Assembly (NCBI GenBank): GCA_002703645.1
Contig: NZUX01000033.1
Coordinates: 1,942-65,941, forward strand
Reading direction: 5' to 3'
Origin: Fidelibacterota bacterium
GTDB lineage: Bacteria > Fidelibacterota > Marinisomatia > SCGC-AAA003-L08 > D37C17
DNA length: 64,000 bases
How positions within the stretch are numbered: position 1 is the stretch's first letter; every line of letters starts with the position of its first letter. The notes beneath the pieces were generated by a model. The model made no database searches. It was not told the DNA's origin and saw nothing but the letters and a program-made list of their open reading frames with translations. This document shows positions 26,264-36,508 of this stretch, one piece after another. The position numbers were made by a program, and so were the translations under genes.

Positions 26264-28540
26264 TTAATCTCCTATAATTTGATTTACAATACCTACAATA
26301 TCTAAAATATCTAGATTATCATCTATATTATAATCTCCACTGCACAACTGAAAACCCGATGCAATCTGATTATCTAAAATAATATTTAATAAAGCTACAA
26401 TATCAGTTACAATTATATCTCCATCATGGTTAAGGTCACCCCTATAGCAACTATAGTCTGGATTATAGAGTAATTTTAATGCATCCATAGATATTCCTCT
26501 ATAGCTAATTGTAATATCTGACATAATCCCTAAACTAATAACATTATTTGAATTGACATCTAAATTAACTGACTTGTAGTATGTACTATCTACCCAATTT
26601 TGATTTGAAAAGGATAGCACTCTTGAGCTCCCTTGACTATTTACAATATCAACAAAGAGAGTATCGTTATCCCATTCTAGCTCATATTTCATATCAAAAA
26701 CTAGTACAGCATTATCTATATCCGAATAAATCTCTTCATTAGAATTGATTTGAATAGGACCTAAAGGAGTAAAGTCGGGATAAGTTAAACTGTATTGAGA
26801 TTTTAAGCGTCCATCATCAGAGTGCCAATCCCCTAAAACAATATCCCATTTATTTAAATCATCAAATTCATCTAAAAATAAATAATCGTACCAATCTAAT
26901 GATATCAAAAACTCAGAGTTTGAATTTATAGCTATATCTTCTACATGTGGAAAAATATCATTTGATAGTATAGTAAAATTATATTCACCTTCAGGAATTG
27001 ATAGCACATTTGATCCAGGGTAAACTTCAATTTCATGATTAAAATATTCATTACTCATTTTTAGAAGAATTTCATCTGAATGATTAGCCGGAACATCAAT
27101 ATTAATAATCACTTCATATTCAGGCTTAGGCTCCAATAAAATATTAATTTCACTTACAATATCAGCACTGGGAATTAAATCTAAATATTCAAAATCATAA
27201 TAACCATGTTTGCTAAAAGTTATATCAAATGAATCTAAGTATAGTAGTCGTCTATATCGACCAAAATCATCAGTTAATCTAGGTGCTAAAATTCCACCAT
27301 CCATCTGATGAATCACAACATCCACACCCTCTAATGGCATACCAGTCATACTATCAGAAACAATACCCGTTACTTGATACTTATCTGGACCTGTTGGATA
27401 GTTTATCCCAGCAGCTCTCTTCATCAGGTAATATGCTCCCGGAAGATTTCTTTCAATAGTATTCTCTATCATTTCAGCATCTGGCTGCATATCTTCAGTG
27501 CCTACTTCAATTAAATATTGAATACATCCAGCCTGAGAATATGTCCAATCATGAGCATTACCTTTCATGGAGCCACTAGCTGCAAAATGATAATTCCCAT
27601 CACCAAATTCAACTAAAGTAAGTTCTGCAATTTGCTGGCCTAATGGCTGAATCACTTGATAGTCTGGAGAAATTTTTCCCCCTGGCCACAATGAAGAATA
27701 AATAACCCTTTCAGCAACACATCCAGATCTTGAGCTATGATATGCTATTGATAGTAAAAAATCATAAGTTTCTACTAAATTTTTAATGGCTACAACCTCA
27801 CTTTCAGAAAAAGGAGCCTCACCTCTATAATAGTCAAAGTTTGAAACATAAGAAGGGTTAGATGGACAACCTGAATCTGTTTCTCCAAATTCATCTCCAA
27901 AAATCCAATTTAAGCCATAATTTCTATTTAAATCTACCCCATCAATATCATTACCATATCCATTTAAATGATCATAATCAAATACGCCATTATGATTTGC
28001 ATCCATTTTATTTTTTCTATAACTAACATCCTGTATCCATTCACCATTTTCTTCATATCCATGAACCACCTCTAAACCCTCCGGATTATAAGTAGGGACA
28101 ATCCAAACCTCAGATGAATATAAAATTCCAGCTAAAGTCTGAAAATCAGACGGGAATTCTTCAGGATGTAAAAATCTATAAATAAGCTCCATTGAAATTT
28201 CAACTCCAAGAATTTCTTCTGCATGACATTGACCTAAAATCAATACTCTAGGCTGATCTTCATCTACATCAGCATTAAAGGATAGTTTTACAGCCCAAAA
28301 AGGCATCTCCTCTAATTCAGAAGTACCTATTTCTATTAGCTTATATATAGTACCACTATTAGGATAGGGTGAAGACATACTACCATATTCTCCAAATTGA
28401 TCATCCCAAATATGTAAAATAGAATCTATTTCTTCATAGGTATGATATCTCTCAGATAAGGGACTCTCTGAGAATAAAAATTCAGTTGAAATTAATCCAA
28501 TAAGTATATAAAGGAAAAACGTATTAAAACTATTTTTCAT
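26264..28540 (-). CDS. M14 zinc carboxypeptidase with a CarboxypepD_reg-like domain and a C-terminal dockerin
   Basis: GQCHAEEILG (HxxE), GVDLNRNY, SIAYHS and YLIEVG motifs. QVTGIVSDSMTGMPLEGVDV marks the regulatory-like domain. The C-terminus has GDLNHDGDIIVTDIVALLNIIL and GDYNIDDNLDILDIVGIVNQII. Confidence 0.85.
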   Translation of the reverse strand: MKNSFNTFFLYILIGLISTEFLFSESPLSERYHTYEEIDSILHIWDDQFGEYGSMSSPYPNSGTIYKLIEIGTSELEEMPFWAVKLSFNADVDEDQPRVLILGQCHAEEILGVEISMELIYRFLHPEEFPSDFQTLAGILYSSEVWIVPTYNPEGLEVVHGYEENGEWIQDVSYRKNKMDANHNGVFDYDHLNGYGNDIDGVDLNRNYGLNWIFGDEFGETDSGCPSNPSYVSNFDYYRGEAPFSESEVVAIKNLVETYDFLLSIAYHSSRSGCVAERVIYSSLWPGGKISPDYQVIQPLGQQIAELTLVEFGDGNYHFAASGSMKGNAHDWTYSQAGCIQYLIEVGTEDMQPDAEMIENTIERNLPGAYYLMKRAAGINYPTGPDKYQVTGIVSDSMTGMPLEGVDVVIHQMDGGILAPRLTDDFGRYRRLLYLDSFDITFSKHGYYDFEYLDLIPSADIVSEINILLEPKPEYEVIINIDVPANHSDEILLKMSNEYFNHEIEVYPGSNVLSIPEGEYNFTILSNDIFPHVEDIAINSNSEFLISLDWYDYLFLDEFDDLNKWDIVLGDWHSDDGRLKSQYSLTYPDFTPLGPIQINSNEEIYSDIDNAVLVFDMKYELEWDNDTLFVDIVNSQGSSRVLSFSNQNWVDSTYYKSVNLDVNSNNVISLGIMSDITISYRGISMDALKLLYNPDYSCYRGDLNHDGDIIVTDIVALLNIILDNQIASGFQLCSGDYNIDDNLDILDIVGIVNQIIGD

Positions 28541-31515
28541 TATGGATTAAGAATAGCGTTAACAGTTGAAACTACATCAAGAACGTCAATATTATCATCA
28601 CTATTAACATCTGCAGCGCAACTTTGGTAGTTATCTGGAATTAAGTTACCAAGCACGATGTTAACCATTTGAACAACATCAAGAACATCTACATTTGAAT
28701 CAGCATTTACATCAAATAATGTACAATCTGAATCAGATGGAGTAATTAATTGAGCGTAGATATTAGTTAAGAGCTCTTTACCTGTACTTCTATCATCTTC
28801 CCAAAATGCTAAATATAAATTATCTTCTTCTGATAAAACTCCAAATCTAATATTAACTTGGCCAAAGGGGTCTGTCGATAGTGGAATTCCACCTTCCTCA
28901 TAAACTATACCATTTGAATTTATTTCTTGGTAGTAAGCATCCCATTCGAAAGATAAATTTAAACTTTGATCTATTCCTTGAGCGCTCCTCATATCTTCCC
29001 AGCCTATCATATAATTCCCTGACTGTGTTGAAAAGACTGATGGATTTTGCTGTTGACTACCTTCAATTGCAGCTACTTCAATCTCTTCTGAAATTATTAA
29101 ATCACCTTCTAAAACTGATAAATTTGCACACAAAATATTTAAATCAACGATTTCTTCACCCTCTTCATTATTAAACGTCTCCCTTCCATCATTCCAGCAA
29201 GCTAAATATTCATCTAAAAATTGATTATATGTGATTCTAGAACTTCTTTGATCATTAACTTCATCAGATATAATGTAGCTAGCACCATTACCAAAATTAT
29301 TACCATCAAATGAAAATACTTGAGCATACACTCCAGCTGAGAGTGAGCTTGATGAAGATTTATAAGTTACAATAAACTCATTATCACCAGAAGCGTAAGA
29401 TTCGTATTGAGGATCATTACAATCTGAGCAGACTTGACTTGATGAATATGGTGCTCCATTTTCATCAACAAATATAGCATTTAGTCCAACACCCATAAAG
29501 CTAGCAGATTCATAAATAACAACAACACCTCCATTAATTGGATTTGGGATAACTGCTTTCACTAGATTGTCCTCAAAACTAGCTTCAACAATATTAATGG
29601 GCGATGACCACTGAGCTATTCCATCAGCATTATATTTTTGCAAAAAGATACCATATGCAAAATTAAGACTTGAATATGCTAAATAATACATATCATCAAC
29701 TGTACATACGCCTGAATACTTTTGATCATTACCTTGACTATCAATTTCTTGGCCAGAATCACTACCTATAATATCTAAATTATAATCTAACATTTGATAG
29801 TATTGTCTATATGGCCCGTCATACTGATGAAAGTTCATCATAATTGAGCTGCTACTTTTAGCTAATTTAGCTCTAAAATCATAATTACCACCATGAGGTC
29901 CTTGGAAAGGGTTAAAACAAAGAGGCTCTGCTTCTTGATGGGATGCTATATTCATATTTTCATTTACTGATAATCCATACGTATAAGAACCAGGATGCCC
30001 AGTACTAAGATAGCGATTATCTTCCCATGCTACTAAATGCTCCCCATCCTCTATATATAGAGAGCTACTTAAAAGAGCATTTCCATCTACCCCGTACCAA
30101 ACCTCTTGTCCATTATTTGTAAAGCTTGTACCATCAGCAACTGTAACTTTTTGAAGCTCAACAATAATCGAAGAACCTTCCTTGCGGTCATTCCAAATAA
30201 TATAAGCTTCTCCTGACTGATTACATTTTATGAGCGGATCTACTTGAGGACCAGAATCTTCATCTAAAACTAAGCCAGATGGAGCAAATGATAAATCACC
30301 TGATGAGCTAATATGCTCAAGATATATATCAGACCCAGCCCACTCTATATTATCATCACCTCTTCCATCAATCCACGCAAAAAAAGCACCACCATTATTA
30401 TCCACAGTCATTCTAACCTGATCTTGATCATTAGGATCTGAAATTACCTGGACACCATTATTAGTCCATAATAAATTTCCTTGAGTATCCATTTTTTGAA
30501 CAAATGGGTCAACATTATTAAACCTTTTATCTTCCCAATAAATAAATGCATGAACACCATCAGTTTTAACTCTAGGAGAAGCTTGCTGCCCAGTATCATC
30601 ACAAACTATAATACCATCTTCACTTAATAAAGAGTTACCACTTTCATCTAAAATTTGCGCATACACATCACCATCTGGATCATTTCTTAAATCTCTCCAT
30701 ACTACTGCTACATTATTATCATTAAAAGTAGTAACCTTCGCTTTACTTTGAATTCCCTCAGCATCACAAATTGTTTTGCCACTATCTCCACCATCATCAT
30801 TCCATAAGGACTCCATATTTTGATTAATTCTTTGAGCTCTTAAATCAGATTGATCTCCATCTACACTTTGAGTCCAAACCATTACTGCTTCACCATTACC
30901 GGCATACTCAAGACTAAATCCACCATTTTGATATGAAGAAACAAGCACGCCAACTCCTTGCGCTATAATATCCGATTGGTTAGGCCCTAAATGAGTTCCA
31001 ACATATGTACCAGAACCATTTTTATCAACCCATAAAGCATAGGCACCACCATTTCCATCTACGCAAAGATTGTGACTTGATTGCTCTCCAGATTGATTTG
31101 AAAGGGGAACTCCGTTAGGATCCCATAATCTATTTCCATTTGCATCTATATGCTGACCATATATATCTCCATAATAATTCTCATCTCTATAATCTCTCCA
31201 AATAATATATGCACCACCATTGCCATCTCTAACTAAAAGAGGATCCTCTTGACGTCCTTCAAAATCAGCAACCACGGCTCCACCTTCACCCCAAAGATAA
31301 TTACCATCTGAGTCAATCTTCTGAGCATAAATGTCTCTAATTGCATTTCTGGTATCTGACCATGCAATAATCATACTACCATCTTCACTAACATCTCCAG
31401 TCCTCTGCCATTCAATATGGACCCCTTGCCTAATAGGAAGCCCCCCATCCTGCCATGAAAACTGTGCAAACCCTAAAGTAACACCTGCTATTAATACTAA
31501 TAATCTGTAAATCAT
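28540..31515 (-). CDS. secreted repeat protein (about 55-aa DIYAQ...GN.LW blades) with a C-terminal dockerin
   Basis: Signal peptide. At least 6 repeats of D(I/V)Y(A/G)Q.(I/L)D..GN.LW...G(V/I)....Q..P....DG.GGA..(I/A)W.D. The C-terminus has DVNADSNVDVLDVVQMVNIVL and DVNSDDNIDVLDVVSTVNAIL. Confidence 0.6.
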   Translation of the reverse strand: MIYRLLVLIAGVTLGFAQFSWQDGGLPIRQGVHIEWQRTGDVSEDGSMIIAWSDTRNAIRDIYAQKIDSDGNYLWGEGGAVVADFEGRQEDPLLVRDGNGGAYIIWRDYRDENYYGDIYGQHIDANGNRLWDPNGVPLSNQSGEQSSHNLCVDGNGGAYALWVDKNGSGTYVGTHLGPNQSDIIAQGVGVLVSSYQNGGFSLEYAGNGEAVMVWTQSVDGDQSDLRAQRINQNMESLWNDDGGDSGKTICDAEGIQSKAKVTTFNDNNVAVVWRDLRNDPDGDVYAQILDESGNSLLSEDGIIVCDDTGQQASPRVKTDGVHAFIYWEDKRFNNVDPFVQKMDTQGNLLWTNNGVQVISDPNDQDQVRMTVDNNGGAFFAWIDGRGDDNIEWAGSDIYLEHISSSGDLSFAPSGLVLDEDSGPQVDPLIKCNQSGEAYIIWNDRKEGSSIIVELQKVTVADGTSFTNNGQEVWYGVDGNALLSSSLYIEDGEHLVAWEDNRYLSTGHPGSYTYGLSVNENMNIASHQEAEPLCFNPFQGPHGGNYDFRAKLAKSSSSIMMNFHQYDGPYRQYYQMLDYNLDIIGSDSGQEIDSQGNDQKYSGVCTVDDMYYLAYSSLNFAYGIFLQKYNADGIAQWSSPINIVEASFEDNLVKAVIPNPINGGVVVIYESASFMGVGLNAIFVDENGAPYSSSQVCSDCNDPQYESYASGDNEFIVTYKSSSSSLSAGVYAQVFSFDGNNFGNGASYIISDEVNDQRSSRITYNQFLDEYLACWNDGRETFNNEEGEEIVDLNILCANLSVLEGDLIISEEIEVAAIEGSQQQNPSVFSTQSGNYMIGWEDMRSAQGIDQSLNLSFEWDAYYQEINSNGIVYEEGGIPLSTDPFGQVNIRFGVLSEEDNLYLAFWEDDRSTGKELLTNIYAQLITPSDSDCTLFDVNADSNVDVLDVVQMVNIVLGNLIPDNYQSCAADVNSDDNIDVLDVVSTVNAILNP

Positions 31516-32799
31516 TTATTGCTCCTCAATTTTATATATTGATATTCCATTTTCTGAAGCGGTGTATATATTATTTCCATCTACTTTAACATCATAAACA
31601 TAATTATCATCACCACTATCTATATTTGTTAACAAATTCACTTCCAAAGATCCATCCCATTGATAAATAAGAACACCGTCATTACCCGCTGCAAGTGCTA
31701 AAAAACTATTACCAGCATCAATCGCATTAATCGAATATCCATCTGCAAATAATAAATTAGCCATAATACTACTATCTGAGTCAAGTAACGCCATGTAACA
31801 GCCTCTATCATTATCAAATCCAGCTAATACATAGTTATCTGTGATAAACAGACTTTCAGCTTCCCCACCTTGAACATTAAAATTGTCTTTAAAAGTAAAG
31901 GAGTTTTTAATTATTGTATAAACTCCATCACCATTAGTATCCTCAAACACCTCTGCGTCTTCTTCTGTCACCCATGTTCCACATGGTTCTACGCAATCAG
32001 CCTCATCTACAAATTCCCCACAAAGCCATGCCAACTCTGGATTAAGTCCATAACATCCAACTCCATCATAAACTCCATTATCATTAGAATCTGTAAATGG
32101 CTCAGCTATATAACGCTCATACTTATATATCTCAACACCTAAGCCAGCATCAGCGACGGCTACAATATTATTAAAATAAGATACCTTGGTTGCATCAATG
32201 CTAAAATGTAGAGCTGTATTACATGCTGGCTCTGTATCAGGCTCCCAAATTCCATTGCTATCATTAAAATATTCCCTGATCGCAACTGAAGTAGAATAGT
32301 TAGAACCTCCTGATGGAGCACCATCTGAATGCTTTTGTAACGTGAATAATAAAGTTGTATCTGGAATATCATTATTTAAAGCTAAATCTCTTATAACAAA
32401 ACTATTTCCACAAGTTGTAGTAGTTCTATATAAAACTCCTGGGTTATTTAAATCCTCACGAAGAAAAGGATCATAGTCATCATGAATAAATACCATGCCA
32501 TGCATATTATCTGAGATTAAGACACCTGTTGCAGCATCTCCTTCATCACCTGATACCAGATCTTCTACATGCTGTTCTAGCTCTAGAGATGCATTTCCAT
32601 TATCATCTTCTAATATATTATATCTTAAATATCCATTATGATTTGCAGCAGCTACCAACATATTATCATCTATATCAATGCCTGTACATTTATCAATCGT
32701 TTCATAGTGAACTTCACTAATTATATAATTTTCCTGTACAAAAACATTTGGCTCTTTACAAGAAAACAGAAATAATAACATAAAAATATATACTTTCAT
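31516..32799 (-). CDS. lipoprotein, LVIVD-like beta-propeller
   Basis: Lipobox LFSC. Repeats: NIVAVADAGLGVEIYKY, FLALAAGNDGVLIYQWDG and NNIYTASENGISIYKIE. Confidence 0.45.
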   Translation of the reverse strand: MKVYIFMLLFLFSCKEPNVFVQENYIISEVHYETIDKCTGIDIDDNMLVAAANHNGYLRYNILEDDNGNASLELEQHVEDLVSGDEGDAATGVLISDNMHGMVFIHDDYDPFLREDLNNPGVLYRTTTTCGNSFVIRDLALNNDIPDTTLLFTLQKHSDGAPSGGSNYSTSVAIREYFNDSNGIWEPDTEPACNTALHFSIDATKVSYFNNIVAVADAGLGVEIYKYERYIAEPFTDSNDNGVYDGVGCYGLNPELAWLCGEFVDEADCVEPCGTWVTEEDAEVFEDTNGDGVYTIIKNSFTFKDNFNVQGGEAESLFITDNYVLAGFDNDRGCYMALLDSDSSIMANLLFADGYSINAIDAGNSFLALAAGNDGVLIYQWDGSLEVNLLTNIDSGDDNYVYDVKVDGNNIYTASENGISIYKIEEQ

Positions 32800-32809
32800 T
32801 TATACTCCT

Positions 32810-33907
32810 CTAAAAAAGAAAATCTAAGTGTGTATTAAAAACAATTTTATATATAAACTCTAATTTTTCAAAACTTTTTAAATCTGAAACAGTAGTTGGA
32901 TACGGAGTATCTGTACCTCCAAAATAATTAACCCTAAAATCAGAAAAAACATTTCTATCCCTATGCTTTATTTTAAATTGATGCGATAAATTATCATTAA
33001 TTTTTTTCTCTAACCAAAAAGATAAATTATACTCGATATGCTTTCGACCTGCATGGATAGGGTCATCCAATGATTCTTCATTGTAAGCTCTATTTTTAAT
33101 AACTGATGATACTCCAAATCTATCTATTAGAGATATTGATTTAATTCTTTTATTAGCACTATAACCAAATGTGTATTCTTTATACGACCTATCATAAAGA
33201 GATGATTCATAACCTGAATTATAAGATATATTATCTCCTATTGCATAAGATACCCAGAATGAATTATTCATCCTAAAATAGCTAGAGTTTAATCTAAAAT
33301 GCCATTGATCAATTACGGTATCATACTCAGTAAAATCGATATTATAGTAAAGATTTGTTCTAGTATACTTCACTCTTGCCCATATTTTTTTTACTATTGG
33401 ATTTGAGAACGAAATTATAAATGATTCAGAAGAGAAAATACATTCAGAATAGTTTTTATCATTTGAGTCATGATCAATATAGTTTCTAAGATAATATTCA
33501 GGTAAATATCTATGAGAAAATTTCAACCATCTGTATGATCCTAACTTAACTCCAAATTCTGTGTAAATAATATTGTAAGATTTTTCAGTTGCTCCAAAAT
33601 AATGATTCCTTAGCAATGAAAAATTAAATTGAGTCTTATTTTTTTTTATCAAATGAGGACTATAGCTAATACTTATTTTGGGAACCATATAGCTAGCATC
33701 AAATGTATCTGAATTAATAATAGGAATAGTATTTTGAAATTGAAATTCTTTTTCAAAATCTGATAACCTAAATATATTACTATCATAGCCAGTAGACAAA
33801 GAGTAGGTTGTATATATAGGAACATTAAGTCTCTCTAAAAAAGCTTGAGACATTAGAGATGAAGTCATAGCAAAAAGTAGAAAAACGATAACTCTACTAT
33901 TTGTCAT
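32810..33907 (-). CDS. putative outer-membrane beta-barrel protein
   Basis: Signal peptide, alternating amphipathic beta-strand pattern rich in Y/S/N/F, and a C-terminal ...HLDFLF with terminal Phe. Confidence 0.5.
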   Translation of the reverse strand: MTNSRVIVFLLFAMTSSLMSQAFLERLNVPIYTTYSLSTGYDSNIFRLSDFEKEFQFQNTIPIINSDTFDASYMVPKISISYSPHLIKKNKTQFNFSLLRNHYFGATEKSYNIIYTEFGVKLGSYRWLKFSHRYLPEYYLRNYIDHDSNDKNYSECIFSSESFIISFSNPIVKKIWARVKYTRTNLYYNIDFTEYDTVIDQWHFRLNSSYFRMNNSFWVSYAIGDNISYNSGYESSLYDRSYKEYTFGYSANKRIKSISLIDRFGVSSVIKNRAYNEESLDDPIHAGRKHIEYNLSFWLEKKINDNLSHQFKIKHRDRNVFSDFRVNYFGGTDTPYPTTVSDLKSFEKLEFIYKIVFNTHLDFLF

Positions 33908-34790
33908 ACTGCTTTACCTTTAAATAAATTGGCTTATTCTTATTAGATAAATCACCTCTTCTTACTGTATAGTAATGTTTGCCTTTAGGAACATTGATCC
34001 AGCACGTCTTCCACTTACCCACTTTTTCTTTTGATGTTTTTAAGTAACTTATATTAGATGCATCTGAGTTAAAGGAGTAAGTTCCAATATCTAAACCATC
34101 TTCTTTTACAAATAAAGTGTAATTATTTTCATCTAAGTTTAAAGATGGATTACCTAAACGAGTAAAAATTCTTATTGATGTCGGACCCTCTACTTCAAAT
34201 TGATATTCATTTTTCTTTGATGAAAGTTTATACCAATAGCTCGATTTACTTTCTCCTTTAGCCCTTTTTGTTTCAATAATATATTTTGATTCTTTATTAA
34301 TTGAGTTTAATCCTATAGAAGAATATTTATTTCTATTGATTTTACTGATCTGAGATCTCACAATTATATTTTTATTACCAGTAATTTTAATATTTTGAAA
34401 TTCACTAGCAAGCATATCTACAAACCAGATACCAGGTTGTGTAGGAACTCTTCCATATTTACCTTTTATATTCAGCTTACTTTTTGGCTTTATATAACGA
34501 AGAGTTCTAGATGACTTATCATTTAATTTTAATTTGATTTTAAAATCTTCTTTACCCTTTGATTCAGAGGGTGTAACAGCTCTTATGAAAAATTTTATTC
34601 TAACTGAATCACTATTAGAATACCCCTCACCCAAATCATTAAATTGAAGTCCATCTTTTTTAAAATGATAGTATATATATTCTTTCTTATCTTTATTAAG
34701 TATAATGGATGATCCATTAGTAGGAATTAATGTTTTTGAAAATATAAATGATAAGCAAAATAGAATTAAAATTTTATTCAACTGGTTCAT
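33897..34790 (-). CDS. secreted, strongly basic beta-rich protein of unknown function
   Basis: Signal peptide and a K-rich sequence. It overlaps both neighbouring genes. No known motif. Confidence 0.4.
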   Translation of the reverse strand: MNQLNKILILFCLSFIFSKTLIPTNGSSIILNKDKKEYIYYHFKKDGLQFNDLGEGYSNSDSVRIKFFIRAVTPSESKGKEDFKIKLKLNDKSSRTLRYIKPKSKLNIKGKYGRVPTQPGIWFVDMLASEFQNIKITGNKNIIVRSQISKINRNKYSSIGLNSINKESKYIIETKRAKGESKSSYWYKLSSKKNEYQFEVEGPTSIRIFTRLGNPSLNLDENNYTLFVKEDGLDIGTYSFNSDASNISYLKTSKEKVGKWKTCWINVPKGKHYYTVRRGDLSNKNKPIYLKVKQYDK

Positions 34791-35982
34791 TATGTATCTC
34801 TTCCATTTTTTTATTTACTTGTGATATGCTACTTAAAACGACCCATACTAAGGTTGATAGCGATATAATCAAACATAACCAAACTACCAATCTATGATGA
34901 GGAGTCCTTATGCCAAATAATTCACCAAATCCAACCTCCATACTCATTGAATTATAACTATCATCAGAATATGGCAGGTCATACCAATCACACAAGTTAT
35001 TAATATTTTTAATGTTAATCACAGGGATATTTAATTCTTCTGAAAACTTTTGTATTACAGGAATAATGTCATTTATATCCTTATCTATTAAATCCTCATC
35101 AAAAGCATTGTTAATTGCTTCTTCCATATCAGAATCTTTTTCAAGGTTTAAACCGGGTAAAAATAATCTCATGGTTGTAGAATCTCCTAAGCTTGCGGCA
35201 GATCCTCCTATACTTACATAAGCTTTATAATTTTTACTTTTTGCTAAATAAAGCTCCATTCTTTTTTCTATTGATTCAGATAGAGAAGATGATTCAATAA
35301 TACTATAATTATTATCCGCAATTCTCATTTTTAACAACTCTTTAATATCACTAGACAATTCATCTGCTCTATCCTGATCTCCCCCTAATGAAAAAGCTGA
35401 GCTTCTATATTCAAAGATATTACCATATAGATGATTCTCGATATCTGCCCATGTCATATTAATCTGATTAGCTCCCCATGAAGATGAACCAATTGAGCTA
35501 ATAATAACAGGATATATATTTACGGCTTTACAAGCAGCCAATAAAGCAATATTAGCCCCTGGAAATGAACCTGTATAACTTACAGCAATAGTATCTACTT
35601 TATTAGGATTCAGCAAAGATGAGTCGATCTCTGAAAATAATTGAATAAATAATGCTGAAAAATTAGGGTTTGTAACTGCTACCTTTGAATATAATGAGCC
35701 TTCTTTTGTAGTTATAGATGATGAAGTAGAATCAACACCTATAATTCCAGAATCAAATCTATCATACGATAAAGATTGGGTTGAAAGACTAGGAATCTTA
35801 TCATTAGAAAAGTTTTTTGTTGACCGCAATGCATCTTTCATGATTTGAGTAGATTTAATTTTAGCATCATAATGCTCAAATGCCTTGAACTCGTAGGATA
35901 TATAGGATATGTAAACTAATAGTAAATTAATAACTGCAACAAAAACTAAGACGCTTGTTCTTTTTATATATGGTCTAAACAT
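34774..35982 (-). CDS. poly-gamma-glutamate system partner protein (membrane-anchored at both ends)
   Basis: N- and C-terminal TM helices. It sits immediately after pgsC with an 8-nt overlap. As I recall, a 'poly-gamma-glutamate system protein' family replaces CapA next to PgsBC in some lineages. The assignment rests on context and size only. Confidence 0.45.
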   Translation of the reverse strand: MFRPYIKRTSVLVFVAVINLLLVYISYISYEFKAFEHYDAKIKSTQIMKDALRSTKNFSNDKIPSLSTQSLSYDRFDSGIIGVDSTSSSITTKEGSLYSKVAVTNPNFSALFIQLFSEIDSSLLNPNKVDTIAVSYTGSFPGANIALLAACKAVNIYPVIISSIGSSSWGANQINMTWADIENHLYGNIFEYRSSAFSLGGDQDRADELSSDIKELLKMRIADNNYSIIESSSLSESIEKRMELYLAKSKNYKAYVSIGGSAASLGDSTTMRLFLPGLNLEKDSDMEEAINNAFDEDLIDKDINDIIPVIQKFSEELNIPVINIKNINNLCDWYDLPYSDDSYNSMSMEVGFGELFGIRTPHHRLVVWLCLIISLSTLVWVVLSSISQVNKKMEEIHNEPVE

Positions 35983-36508
35983 ATTTACCTAAAACCATTA
36001 ATATTAAATTTATCAAACTTGAAATAATTAGAATTGTAGAAATTGTAGACAAGACTCCCTGTCTATCCATCCAACTAGATATAAGCCCTGGAATTAACCA
36101 GCCAATATAAATCATTTCTCCAGAATAACTTGCCAAAAAACTATTAAAATCATATAAACTAGTACTCATATAAACAATGAGATTAGATAGAAAAAAATCC
36201 CCACCAGGCTTATATGTTATAAAATATACAGGGATATCTCTAATAAAAGATCCTAGAGTAAAAGATAGAAGCAAACAAAATACTAATCTTCTTTTTCCAT
36301 ATATAATAATAAATCTTGATAGAAAATTGAGGATAAGCAAGGTTAGAAGACTAATACAAAAAGTGAATATCACAGCATAAGGGTTATGAAGTGAGAGAGC
36401 GATATAACCAGGAACAATAAGTCCTCCCGCTGTAACACCCACTGATTCAGTAAGTACTAAGCTAATAATCATACCCAACCCTATTGCTATAGCAGGATGA
36501 TCAAGCAT
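35975..36508 (-). CDS. pgsC: poly-gamma-glutamate biosynthesis protein PgsC/CapC
   Basis: TAGGLIVPGYIAL, IIYGKRRLVF and LIPGLISSWMDRQG parallel B. subtilis PgsC (PAGLVVPGYL, ILYGRRKF, IVPGLIAN). Confidence 0.9.
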   Translation of the reverse strand: MLDHPAIAIGLGMIISLVLTESVGVTAGGLIVPGYIALSLHNPYAVIFTFCISLLTLLILNFLSRFIIIYGKRRLVFCLLLSFTLGSFIRDIPVYFITYKPGGDFFLSNLIVYMSTSLYDFNSFLASYSGEMIYIGWLIPGLISSWMDRQGVLSTISTILIISSLINLILMVLGKYV

